A stretch of DNA of 64,000 bases. Source: Callorhinchus milii. Its lineage: Eukaryota. Of the stretch, positions 11,216-23,230 are shown piece after piece. Within the stretch, counting starts at the first letter, position 1, and the number at the start of each line of letters is the position of its first letter. The notes under the pieces are model-generated. The model had not been told where the DNA came from, searched no databases, and saw nothing but the letters and a program-made list of their open reading frames with translations. The stretch is from NCBI RefSeq assembly GCF_018977255.1, contig NW_024704743.1, positions 1,736,001-1,800,000 on the forward strand. Direction: 5' to 3'. Both the position numbers and the translations under genes were made by a program.

Positions 11216-13199
11216 TTTATTTTGTACAATAGATGCTCTGTATCTAGATGTGCGCCTTCAAAACACACAGCCGCTACACTTTGCAGTAAATCTGTGAAGC
11301 ACTTTGAGACATCCTCTCGCCGTGAAAGGCGCTGTAAATAAATAACTCTCGCACGATAATTAATTTGCTGCAGTGCCCTTCACATGAGTGAAACCGTCTC
11401 GCGACTCTTCACAGGGTTTATTCTAAAATAATAATAATAATAATAATCCTTTGATACAGCGCTTGATCACGTCTCCGAGACGTCTCAAAGCGCTTCATAG
11501 AATGGACTGTAAAGTGAATTTGTCAGTGTATTTTGGGGGCGAATGCCAACAAGGGTCCACAAACAGCCATGAATAAAACGACCCATCTTCTCTGGGGAGA
11601 TTGTTGGGAGAGAGGAACTGCCGCGTCCTTTCGATTTGTGCCTCGTGTCACCAGTAAGTGCTGCTATTTATTTTTAATATCATCCATTTCTACCTTTTTT
11701 TTTATTAACTTTGGTTTCAAAATTGCAACCCGTTAATATTTCATGATGCCGCAACGATTACTGCAATAAAAGTAATATCACTTGGAATATTTTATGATTC
11801 AGATATGTGTATATATATTTTTAATACCACAGGATTTTATTATGAAGCGTAAGTACACAGTCACTACACTTCACCGTAGATTGTGTGAAAGCGCTTTGAG
11901 ACGTCACGAAGGCGCGATAACGCTCTGTGTCGAATGCAAGGATTATCGTTATCATTATAGCTATGTCTGGACTTGACTCTGCTGACCCCCCCCCCCCCCC
12001 ACCCCGCTTTGCTCACCGGACTTCCCAACTCTTCCCTCCGCAAGTTTCCGACTATTCACCCGCGCTCTCCCTGGCTCCCCCTCCCCGCGAGGATCGACTT
12101 CCAGACCTTTGCCCGCATTTTCAAAGCCTTGCCCCAACCCTTCTTCTTCTTCGACACCTACCAAACCTTCACTGCTCCGCCCGCTCCCTCCGCTCAGCTC
12201 CCCACCCCCCCCCCCCCCACACACACACACACACAACCGCCCGCCCCACAATCAGCGGATGGACCTTCAGCCCCTCTGGAAATCCATCTCACAGTCCCTT
12301 CCCCCCTCAGTCCCGCAGTCCGACTGACACACTCCTTTATGTAAATCCATCTGGTACTGCGGACACTGTCGTAAGATGATCGGTGACTGAACTTTACCGA
12401 GTCAGAACCAGCTCCGAGCTGCTGTGGGTAAATCACATCTCGGCTCATGTTCTCTGGAGGTAACTGAATTATCCGCTCAGTAAATTGATTGCCCTCCGCC
12501 CCCCCCACCCCACCACCGCCGCTGCTGTGTCTCGGACCAAGCTCACGCCCTGAACCATGAGGAAGATGTCCTCGTTCCCCTTTCCCCCCCCCCCACCCAC
12601 CCACCCCTGCCCCACGCACACACACACACACGCACACAAAAAAATCCCCATCGTTCGCAATAGATCGTGAGAGATCGCAACAGGACCTTTTGCATTTTTA
12701 TCTCTTCAATATCCTTGGCCCGAAGAAACAAATCGTCCGGGTAACATCTGCACTGCGTTTCGGCTGCAAAAAATACACCGCGTAGTGAATCAATCCCACC
12801 AGGAGGACGAGATGTAATTTGTAGTTGTTTTTGTTGTTGTTGTTTTGTTGTTGTTGGTCACCCTCCAACCTCTTTGTAAAGCTGTCACTTAAGTGAAAGG
12901 AATTTACAGAGAAGCAGCTTAAACTTGCAAATTCATAAGTCTCTGTGTCTCTCTCTGTGTCTCTCTCTGTCTCTGTCTGTGTCTCTCTCTGTCTCTCTCT
13001 GTGTCTCCTCTCGCTGTCCCTCTCTCTCTCTGTGTCTCTCTGTGTGTCTCTCTCTCTCTCTCTCTGGGTGTCCTGTCCAACAATCCCCCAAATAAAATTG
13101 GGTCCCTCGCTTCATTCACCTCAGGGACGTTTCACCCGCAAAACACACACAGTCACCGGACCTGACGCTATCTCCTGTGTGGGTTGGAAAGGACGTGTC

Positions 13200-13530
13200 T
13201 GAGAGGCGCCCTATTCACGTCGGAAAGACGTCCCAGGGCGCTGGACAATCAGGGGTTTGGGGCCCGAGTTGGGGGTCAGGAGGGGTGGGGGTGTGGTGGG
13301 GGGTGTGCGGTGGGCAAAAGCACGGTCGAAAAGGAAGGTGTTTAGACGGGGCTTGAAGGAGGCAAGAGAGAGGGGGTGAGGCGGAGGGATTGCGGGATAG
13401 AGTGCGGGGGGGCAGAGAGGCTGAATGGCTGACCGCCAAAGGGTGGGGGGGGGTTTGCGTAGTGGTGGGGAGGGGTACGATGAGTGTGTTGGACCCGGAG
13501 CAGGTCGGTGTCCGGGCGAGAGGAGGGAGC
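13200..13530 (-). mobile_element. L2 LINE 3' end fragment
   Basis: The reverse complement reads ...TTCAAGCCCCGTCTAAACACCTTCCTTTTCGACCGTGC...GTCCAGCGCCCTGGGACGTC...GACGTGAA, as in other L2 3' ends here (36320-36560, 37860-38060, 56695-56845, 59320-59555, 61095-61280, 62450-62610). Confidence 0.7.
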
Positions 13531-13904
13531 TGGTTCCTCTGCATCTCTAACAGTCTTTTCTGCCCCGAAGCCCCGACAGCATCTGGCAATAAAATAGGGG
13601 GGAGAAAAAAATGCTCGAAGCTCTGACCTTTTCTGGCCCGGCTCCGAAAGCGACTGGGACGATTTATTACCCGCCGTCTTGAGCGGCGTTCCAAATAATA
13701 AAGTGTGATGTACAACCCGGGCTGGAGGAAAACTGATTTAAAAAAACCACAGAGAGAGAGAGACAGAGAGAGAGAGAGACGTACGTGGCAGAGCCTCGAA
13801 GTAACTTTCAAAACCAAGGTTTAGGTTAGGCTACACCGGCCTGGGCTTCAGCCCAGAGAAACGGCGGACAACCCTTTCTTCCCTCGCTTCTCCCGTCCAA
13901 GTTT

Positions 13905-13998
13905 GGAGTCCGCTGGAGCTCAGCTCTCGCCTCGCAAGCGAGAGGACCCGGGTTTGATTCCCGGGCAGGTCAGGGCGAAGCATTGGGCAAGTTTCCTT
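13905..13998 (+). mobile_element. SINE head only (truncated at the adjacent antisense SINE)
   Basis: tRNA-like head through TTGGGCAAGTTTCCT. Confidence 0.8.
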
Positions 13999-14004
13999 CT
14001 GACT

Positions 14005-14326
14005 ATAATAATAATAATAATCCTCGCATTTGATACAGCGCTTTTCACGTCGGGAGGACGTCCCAAAGCGCTTCACAGAACACACTGTAAAGTGAATTGA
14101 CTGTATATTTGTGGGCGAACGCGGCAGCCAATTGCGCACAGCAATGTCCCACAAACAGTCGTAGATTGAAAATGACCAATTTATTATTGTTTTTGGTTTT
14201 GGAGGGATTATTATTAGGCTCTGTGTGGAGTAAGGAAACTTGCCCGAGGTTTCGCCCTCTGCCGGGAATTGAGCTCAGGTCTCTCACTTGCAAAGCGAGT
14301 GCTCTAACCACTGAGCTACAGGACTC
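14005..14326 (-). mobile_element. Short SINE subfamily copy 1 (internally deleted, TGC anticodon)
   Basis: Head TAGCTCAGTGGTTAGAGCACTCGCTTTGCAAGTGAG on the - strand; lacks the long (CA)n and central block; near-identical to 49412-49733. Confidence 0.9.
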
Positions 14327-14872
14327 GACTCCAGCTCTAGATTGACTCCTTTCTCTCTGCCACTGATTTACTGAGTCCCACACCAGCTCCTTTTTTTTCT
14401 GGTCTTGCATGATGCCCAGTCACTACACATTGCCGTAAGTCCCGCGGAGCGCTTTTGGGACCTTCCCCCACCAACGTGAAAGGGAGCCACGACAAGTTCC
14501 AGGAGTTCAGTGAAAAATAGGGAGAGCAAAGAGATGAGAAAGCTCTTAATAACAACAACACACGCACTCGCACGCAAGAGCAAGGGTCTGTTCGGAATGG
14601 ATTACATTATGCGGTTGACAAGACGTTTGGGGCTGTGATTGATTCAGTGGCTGAGTGTACGCAGATCCGCATTGTGTTAGGACAAGGCTCGCTCGCTCGC
14701 TCGGGGAATTATGCCGTGGGATTGACAGGTGCCGGGTTTCTCCCCGAGTTTCCAAATCCAGGACGTGCTCAGCCATGATAGCGACTCACCCGCGAGTAAT
14801 CACCAAAACCACCGCGACCGCCTGCAAAACCGTACGTATTTTCCAGATCCTCGCGAGTTTGCTTTGTGGAGT

Positions 14873-15281
14873 GGAGTCTCTGGAGCTCAGGGGTTAGAGC
14901 CCTCGCCTCGCGAGCGAGAGGACCCCGGGTTCGATTCCCGGGCAGGTCAGGGCGAGACATTGGGCAAGTTTCCTCACTCCACACACACACACACACACAC
15001 ACACACGCCTGTGTTTACCGGCAGTCAGTGGGAACCCGGTTGTTAGTCGATTGTTGATCAGTAATAAACCCTTCGAAAAAATAATAATAATAATTTGCTC
15101 ACTCAATCCACGGCTGTTTGTGGGGACGCTGCTGTGCGCAAGTGACTTGACGCCTTTCGCCCGCAAGGTACACAGTCATTGCACTTTACAGCGTATCCTG
15201 TGAAGCGCTTTGAGCCGTGTCGACGACGTGATCAGGCGCTGTGTCAAATGCCGGGATTATTAGCATTATTATTATTATTAT
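14873..15281 (+). mobile_element. Full-length tRNA-Ala-derived SINE
   Basis: Head, (CA)n, body, tail and (ATT)n all present. Confidence 0.9.
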
Positions 15282-16459
15282 CTTGCTTTGAACCTGAACG
15301 CAAACAGTTCAGTTCTGCTTTCCAGGTTAGAGCGAGCAAGTCAGTGGTTGTGCGAGTAAAAATAAACACACGCACACGCACACGCACACACACACACACA
15401 CGAGCAAAAGAGTCAGCATTTTGCATCTCAGCCGAGGCTGGTGCTCGATGAGTGTGATGTGAAAGGCGCTATGCAAATGTAATCTTGTTGTTGTTGTTTA
15501 GGCCAATTGTATTTTATTTGCTATCGCGGCGGTTTGGAGTTTTGGGGGTGAGTTGATCGGGGGAAGCACGAGGTGTAGTGGCCGTGTCTTCAGCCTTAAC
15601 TAAGTCCCTAACTCCCTGCCTCAATCCCTCCGCCTTTTGGGCTGTCTTTATCTATCTTCAAAACCCTACCTTAAAAACCGACTGCATCGACCGCGACTAT
15701 GTCCAACCCCCGCCTCCCTCTCTTCCCCTTTGCTCGGAGTCTTAACCCCACCGCTGTGCAGAGCTCCGAGACGCTATCCTATTCAATGGATCATAATAAT
15801 AGTCCTTCCATTTGACGCAGCGCCTTATCACGTCTTCGAGACGTCTCATAGGGCTTCACAGGATACGCCGCAAAGTGAATTGACTGTGTACTTTGTGGGC
15901 GAAACGCAAGGATTATTATTATTATTAGACAAGTTAAATTGTGTATTGTATCGCTGTGTGTGTGTGTGTGTGCGTATGATTCCTTCCTCGCGGTATATAT
16001 CTGAGCGAGTCAGGGACTGGAGTCAGGACTTTCACTGCTGCTCAGAACTGTGCAGTTGCTCCTCTGTAAATCAGAGATTAGGGACATCACTGTTCATCAC
16101 ACAGAGTGATTGAGAGAACAAGGTTTTTATTCCTGGCGTGTGCCGCTCCACCACTTTCTGCCTCGTCAGTGAGTGTACACATATTAGGAATAAATTCAGC
16201 TCCTATCTTGGCCCTTTGGGTTCGAATTGAATAATCCGCTTCACTGAGATCTAATTTGTCCCGACTCCGAATCTGTAATGCGCGCACAGAGCCATCTCCA
16301 CGGTGGTTCCTTCACATCTCGGCAACGCTAAAGTAACGTGGAAATTAACCCCCCTGGGGGTCAAAAGGTTGTTTATTGAATTCAGCATCAGGCACTCCAT
16401 AACCATCGATTCAATCATTCCTTTTAAATATCACTGTAAAATGTCGGGAGCACACTCAA

Positions 16460-16845
16460 TAATACTAACAGCAATCCCTGCATTTGACACAGCGCCTCGT
16501 CACGTCTTCAGGACGACTCAAAGCGCTTCACAGAATATACACTGTAAAGTGTAGTGACTATATTTTGTGGGCGAAACACGGCAGCCAGTTGCGCGCAGCA
16601 GCGTCCCCACAAACAGCCGCGGGTTGAAGTGACCAAATTATTATTATTTATTTTGAAGGGATTATTACCCCCGGAAAGAGATCCACCAATCGAGTAACAA
16701 CCGGGTTCCTACTGACTGCCGGTAAACAGAGACGCGCGTGCGTGTGTGTGTGTGTGTGTGTGGAGTGAGGAAGCTTGCCCTACATTTCGCCCTGACCTGC
16801 CCGGGAATCGAACCCGGGTCCTCTCGCTCGCGAGGCGAGTGCTCC
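16460..16845 (-). mobile_element. Near full-length tRNA-Ala-derived SINE, followed by a + strand tail fragment at ~16886-17055
   Basis: Reverse complement of the family consensus. Confidence 0.88.
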
Positions 16846-18189
16846 ACAACGACGACAACACCACAACAACTACAACAACAACACAGTGGGGACACTGCTG
16901 TGCGCAATCGGCCGCCGCGTTTCACCCACAAAATATACAAAGAATTCACTTGACAAGAGTATCCCGCGAAGCGCTTTGAGTCGTCCCGAAGACGTGATCA
17001 GGCGCTGTGTCGAATGCCGGGATTATTATCATCATTATTGTCATCATTATTATTGTTACTGTCAGATAATAAGCCGCTGAGCCGAGGGCCTGTCTGCCCG
17101 TTCGGGTGGATGTTAAAGATCTCTCGGTACTTCTAAAAAAAGGAGGATTTCCCCTCTCCCTCCCTGTGTCCTGGCCAACAGTCCCCCAGATAAAATTCAG
17201 CCATTCGCCTCGTAGCTGCTGGTGGGATATTGCAGTGTGCAAATTGGCTGCTGCATTCGCCCACTGCAGTAAAATTCTGCTTCGAGATGTTTTGATGACG
17301 CGATCAGGTGCTGTATCAAATCATTATCATCTCCAATGGAAGACATGTTTCAGGTTGCTTCTAAAGGAACTTTTGGGATAGATCTCACCGTGATTCAAAT
17401 GAAAAAAAAAAGCAAATGACGCCTTCCCTTCACGTCAGAAAGACACCCCAGGGGACGATTCGGGGGTTTGGGACCCGAGCTGGGAGTTGGGGTCAGGAGG
17501 GCAGGGTAGGGGTGGGTAGGGGGCAGGTGGAGGTGGTAGGATTTTTCATCCAAACCCAATCTTGTGAGCTTATGGATATTAATGTGAGTTGTGTTGTAAT
17601 TCTCGAAAGAAATGGGTGTTTCTTTCTGGTTGTGTGAGGCTGTCAGTCCTCGCGATCAATTGGGCGTTCAACCTCATGGCTGTTTGTGGAGCCGTGAGAG
17701 GCACAGAACCACTGCTCTGTTGACGTTAATTACTGGACTTTGAGACCGTTTGACACGCCACAGGGCCAGGAAATGCAAATGCCTTGTTTCTGTTGACAGT
17801 TTCCGACTCCTAATAAACCTTCCATTTGTATCCTGTGAAGCGCTTTGTGACGTCTCGAAGATTATTATTATGATTACGATTATTACTACTGTTCAGGAAG
17901 TGGCGTCCTGTCTCAATGATTTGCTGGCGAGGATGTTGCTCCCAACTGTGACGGGAGAACAGCAAAGGTGACGATAGATTTAAATTGTCAAACAACAATT
18001 TACAAGGGTCTTTACCGGAGATTAATTTTCCATCAGAAAGTGTCAAAATCGATGAAGGAATCCTTGCACTCGAACAGCGCCTTTCGCATCGGACGTCCTC
18101 CTGACGTGAAAGGCGCTGTATCGAGCGTAAGGAATTTTTTAGTTTCATTTGCTCCAATTGTCTTGCGTACTGTAACGTGCAGTGACTAC

Positions 18190-18486
18190 GTGGAGTCCTG
18201 TAGCGTTATTGACCAGAGCGGTTCGATTCCCGGGCAGGTCGGGGCGAAACTTTGGGCAAGTTTCCTCACTCCACACACACCCACACACACACACACAACA
18301 CGCGCCTGTTTACCGGCAGTCAGTAGGAACCCGATTGTTAGTTGATCGGCGGATCGCTTTCCGGGGGTAATAATTCCGTCAAAAAGAAAAAGTAATAATA
18401 ATTTGGTCACTTAATCCACGACTGTTTGTGGGGACACTGCTGCGCTGTATCAAATGGAAGGATTATTATTATTATTATTATTATTT
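18190..18486 (+). mobile_element. tRNA-Ala-derived SINE with internal deletions
   Basis: B box, (CA)n and body present; tail stem-loop deleted. Confidence 0.8.
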
Positions 18487-20194
18487 TTACTGTGATGACA
18501 TCTGTTTGGAGGATTGTTGGACAGGACGCAGAGGTATAAAAACGGCCAGTGTCTGTGCCGTAACCGTTTTATGGAACTCCAGGTCTCGAAGCGGAGCAGA
18601 GTGCTGCCGATGTCCTGCCTGGTATTCGTGTAACTTTAGCAGAAAACAAGATGAATTGGCTATTCATCTCGTTACTGTGTGTGGGACGCCACTGGCAGAG
18701 ATTAGCTGAACTGTTTGCCTGCGTAACGATTGTTTTTGGACTTCAAAGTCTAGTGGAACTCAATTGTACGGAGAGCTGTGAGGTGTTCAATACACTACAG
18801 GAGTCCTGAGGCTTCGTAACCACTAGTGCGCAAATGGGCTGCCGCGTTTCGCCCACGAAACGTGCGGTCGCTACGCTTCACGGTGTGTGTCCTTTGAGAC
18901 GTCTCGACTCAGCGCTGTATCAAACGCGAGGATCATTATTTGCCGCTGTTTAAGATTGGGCAGCGGCTTCGGTGACTCAGCCACGATGTCATTGTCGTTG
19001 ATTCTGACCGCTTGTAATTTCATAATCAAACGCCCGTCGCCGCTTCCGCTGCACAGTAATTGTGCGCGTGCTATCGATTCCGAACCGTTGACGAACGAGT
19101 GCGGCGCTGGCGAGCTCGATGCCGGAAAGGCCTTTTTTAATTATTCCAATGGGTTCGGAGTCCCTTTGCTATCGGCAGCAAACACAGGTAAACTGCCGCG
19201 GGTTGTGCTGGTTGTGCGCTCGCGCGCGCTCTCGCGTGTGCGCGTGTGGTTACGCGTGTGACAATCCCACGGGTTTTACGGCTCGAGAAAAAAGTGCCGC
19301 AGAACGGCAAGTAATTGGAAGGCGAGCGATCTCTTCTTCGGGACGCGTTGGAAGGATGTGCATTACGATTGAAAAAACACGCACACACGCGCACGCGCAC
19401 ACACTCACGCACAGGCACTCACAGACATATCGATCCCAGCAAAGACTCTCTGCTCTGGCCAGATTTACTACAGACATCTATTATTCTACTTGTTTGATGA
19501 ATCGCTGGCATCGGACCTGCGTGTATAATGAAGTGGAGACTGCAGGGGAGTGTGGGTTTTTTCTCCTTCTGCCAATCCATCTCGTGCAGTAAAGTCAATA
19601 GTGCTTTAGCTTGTTTCGATGACCCTCTTCGTGTTTCAGCAGAAATAGCTGGGTCGCTCATCGACCCCTTTTGCTCCATTTACACACACACCTTATCCCT
19701 CTGGATATTAGCGAATAAACCACTCTGCGGATCAGGCCTGGGACTCGGTGCGTTATACGCAAAGGAGGGAGGATTGGAATGTGGTAAGTTCCCGCCGCTA
19801 GAATCGAGTAGGTTTCTTGTTTGAGCCCAGGCCACCCCGGCTTGGGTTATGTCCCATTTCAGCTCTTGATACCAACAGCAGCAACGGCAACCGCTTGCGC
19901 CCTTCACGTATGATAGCAGGAGAAAGCCGGTTGTTAGGCGATGGGCGGATGGCTTTTTCCTGGGCTAATAAATCCTTTAGAAAGCAAACAATAATAATAA
20001 ACTGGTCACTCAATCCCCGGCTGTTTGTGGGGACGGACGCTGCTGTGCGCAGTTGGCTGCCGCGTTTCACCCATGATATACACGGCCAATTGGCTTTGCG
20101 GTGTATCCCATGAAGCGCTTTGAGACGTCTCGAAGACGTGATGAGGCGCTGTGTCAAATTCGAGGATTGTTGTTATTATTATAAGAATTTTCTG

Positions 20195-20605
20195 GCGAAA
20201 TTAGACCAAAGTCCGTCTAGTTCGCCCTCCACCATCCCGGCCGTCGCTCGACATGTCGTGTCCCAAACTACACTCTGTATCCCCGAGGTATTACTTTCTA
20301 GCGGAAACCTATCTCGTTTGTTCTTGAAACACACAACAACTTCTCTCTCCCTCGGGAACCTGTTCCAGCAGTTTACTGCTCGCTCCCCGAAATAATGTTT
20401 CCCCAGGTGTGTGTCTGAATTTCCCCCCTCCTTCAATCGCAGGCCGTGCGTGTCCTCTGGTTCGACTGTTCAGCGCAAGATAAAACGGCTTATTGTGATC
20501 GACATGATCGGGTCTCTTCAGAATCTTAAAGACCGTAATCATATCACCCTCTTCTCCAGTGTGAACCTGTCCAGTTTATTTAATCGCCCCTCGTAGACCA
20601 ACCTC
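20195..20605 (-). mobile_element. Decayed CR1-type LINE 3' fragment
   Basis: Minus-strand translations show CR1 C-terminal motifs: VFKILK...NSRTRGH and KHYFGERAVNCWNRFPRE. Confidence 0.75.
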
Positions 20606-20714
20606 CTTTGGTTGCCCTCCTCGCTGTCCAAAGGGTTCTGTCCTTGGTCCCCCCCCCCTTCAGCTTGGACATGCTCCCTGTGGGGGAAATCACCCACAGA
20701 CATGGAGTCAACAG

Positions 20715-20960
20715 TTGAACGTCAACCAGACCGAGGCTCCTGTTTGGCTCCCGTCAGCACCTCCTCACCTCAGGCGCTGACAGCATCACCATCCATGGGG
20801 CTCACTCCCCCTCACTGAGCCAGTCCTGAACCTTGGGGTCTTGTTTGACCCTCAACTGTCCTTTCTACCCCACATCTGTGCCATGACGCACTCTGCCTTC
20901 CCCACCTCCGCAACGTCGCCCGGCTCCGTCATCGTCTCACTCCGCAGGCCCCCGAGACCC
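20715..20960 (+). mobile_element. L2 ORF2 fragment downstream of the RT core
   Basis: AACCTTGGGGTCTTGTTTGACCCTCAACTGTCCTTTCTACCCCACATC (NLGVLFDPQLSFLPHI); homologous to 22130-22810 and 57655-58090. Confidence 0.8.
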
Positions 20961-21487
20961 TCACATTACATCTCAGCTCAACTGCGCAAACTCATTGCTT
21001 GTCGGCCTCTCCAACTCCTCCCTCTTCCCCCACCCTGTGGAAGTCCAACCCGCATCTGGTTTGCCCAACTCGCTCTTGAGGAATATATTGGATTATTACG
21101 GCAGTGCCGAGGGTTGACTCTGAAGAGATGAGAGAAAGCTGAGTTCAAATGTTTCTTTTGATTAGATTTGGGGCAATGGGGGCTCTGCTGGTTCCTCACT
21201 GAGACATTTGCATAATCACTTCAATCAGAATTGAACTTCAGTGGTTCAATAAAAGGATTTTTTTTTGTTGTGTTTTGTTTTTAATTGTTGGCTCGACTCT
21301 GAGCTCCAGCGGACTGGAGTGATGAGATTACTCACTGTGTATATCAAAAAAAATACATATATATATATATATTCTTATAATTTATTGAATTTAGGAAAGT
21401 TGGCTAAAAATAAACTGTATATGTGACCCGTTTGCGAGGTGCAGCAAGTTGGTAATGCAAGAGTTGAGCGCTTGCCAATCCATATGA

Positions 21488-21892
21488 GTGGTTAGAGAGA
21501 GCCCTCGCCCCGCGAGCGAGAGGACCCGGGTTCGATTCCCGGGGCAGGTCGGGGCGAGACATTGGGCAAGTTTCCTCACTCCACACACACACACACACAC
21601 ACACACGCGCGCCTCTGTTTACCGGCAGTCAGTAGGAACCCGGTTGTTAGTCCATTGGCGATCGCTTTTCCGAGGGTGATAATCTCTTCAAAAAAAATAA
21701 GAACAATGAATCGGTCACTTCAGTCCACCGCTGTTTGTGGGGGACGCTGCTGTGCGCAATCGGCCGCCGCGTTTCGCCCACAAAACATACGGTCAATTCG
21801 CTTTACAGTGTTATCCTGTGAAGCGCTTTGAGACAGTCTCGAAGATGTGATGAGGCGCTGTGTCAAATGCCGGGAGTATTATTATATTATTA
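21488..21892 (+). mobile_element. tRNA-Ala-derived SINE, slightly 5'-truncated
   Basis: Head, (CA)n, body and tail present. Confidence 0.88.
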
Positions 21893-22129
21893 ATGTGGGT
21901 AATTGCAGAGCTGGGGTTATCTCACTAACTATGTGCTGTGCTGTAATAGATAACACACCTTCTGCCCTGTGGGTTGAAAAACGAAGAGTGTTAATTATCA
22001 CCCGTGAGGCTGTTTAGCGCGTGCATTGAGTTTAACAACCTTATGATATATAACCCAATACTGACTCTCTCTGGTGTGTGTTGGAAGGATATTTCCTGCC
22101 CTTCTCAAGAGCAGCACCAACAAAAGTAT

Positions 22130-22810
22130 CCACCAACCACGCATGGGAGGAGGGCGGGGAGGGTAGGAGGGCGACCGAAGGCACGGTCGAAGAGGAGGGT
22201 CTTGAGACAGGCCTTCGAGGTGGCGTGGGAGGGAGCGAGATGAAGGGAAAGTGGGATGCAGTTCCAAAGGGTGGCGGCCTCGAGGCTGAAGGGAGAGGAC
22301 AGGGGCTGCAGAGTTCTGGATGGAGGGAGGAGTGGGCAAGCCATGAGTTTGCACAGTCGAGTCTGGAAGTAATGAAGGCGTGTGCGTGTTTGGGGGGGCC
22401 AGCGGTGTGAGACAGTGGCGGAGCCGGGCGACGTTGCGGAGGTGGGGAAGGCAGAGCGGTTCATGGCGCGGATGTGGGGTAGAAAGGACAGTTGAGGGTC
22501 AAACAAGACACCGAGGTTCGGGACTGGCTCAGTGAGGGGGAGTGAGCCCCATGGACGGCGATGCTGTCAGCGCCTGAGGTGAGGAGGCGCTGACGGGAGC
22601 CAATCAGGAGAGCCTGGGGTGGGGGCAGAGTGGCTGAAGGCCCGATCGCCAATGGTGGGCGGGTGGGGCAGGGGACGTGAAGCAGACCAGAGCCCGCCGA
22701 GCCGAGGGAGCGGGCAGGTCGGTGGGGGCTTAGGAGGTCGCAGAGGTAGGGGGCAAGGAAGACCATGGAGGGCTTTGAAGGTGAGAACCAGGATGTTGAA
22801 CTGTATCCTC
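22130..22810 (-). mobile_element. Rearranged L2 ORF2 3' fragments
   Basis: Minus-strand peptides FDPQLSFLPHI, RIQFNILVLTFKALHGL, GDRAFS and LWN..P..LKTLLF, typical of the L2 C-terminus. Confidence 0.85.
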
Positions 22811-23230
22811 AGAACCAGAGGGGAAACGAGAACAATTTTTTTTTGCCCAGAGAGTTGTTCCCGTGTCTGGAATGTGATGCCTGAAAGGATCGTGGAAACA
22901 GATTTGATAACAGCTTTCAAAATGGGATTTGGATACATATTTGAAAAGCAAAAAATTTACAGAGCTAAGGGGTAAGAGCGGGGCTAGTGGGGCTAGTTGG
23001 GGTAAGAGCGGGGCTAGTGGGGCTAGTTGGGGTAAGAGCGGGGCTAGTGGGCTAGTTGGGGTAAGAGTGGGGCTAGTGGGGCTAGTTGGGGTAAGAGTGG
23101 GGCTAGTGGGGCTAGTTGGGGTAAGAGTGGGGCTAGTGGGGCTAGTTGGTAGCTCTTTCAAGGAGCCGACACAGATGGGCCAAATGGCCTCCTTCTGAGC
23201 TGTAAGATTCTACGATTCCACGATTCTAAG
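22808..23230 (+). mobile_element. CR1 LINE 3' end containing a G-rich minisatellite
   Basis: RVWNVMPERIVETDLITAFK-like segment; terminal GATGGGCCAAATGGCCTCCTTCTG with an (ATTCTACG)-type tail. Confidence 0.85.
22969..23147 (+). repeat. 30-bp minisatellite GGGGTAAGAG(C/T)GGGGCTAGTGGGGCTAGTT, 6 copies
   Basis: Six tandem copies counted; the third lacks one G. Confidence 0.95.

Noticed and set aside
22969..23147. CRISPR-like array
   Set aside because: Direct tandem units with no unique spacers, in eukaryotic context.
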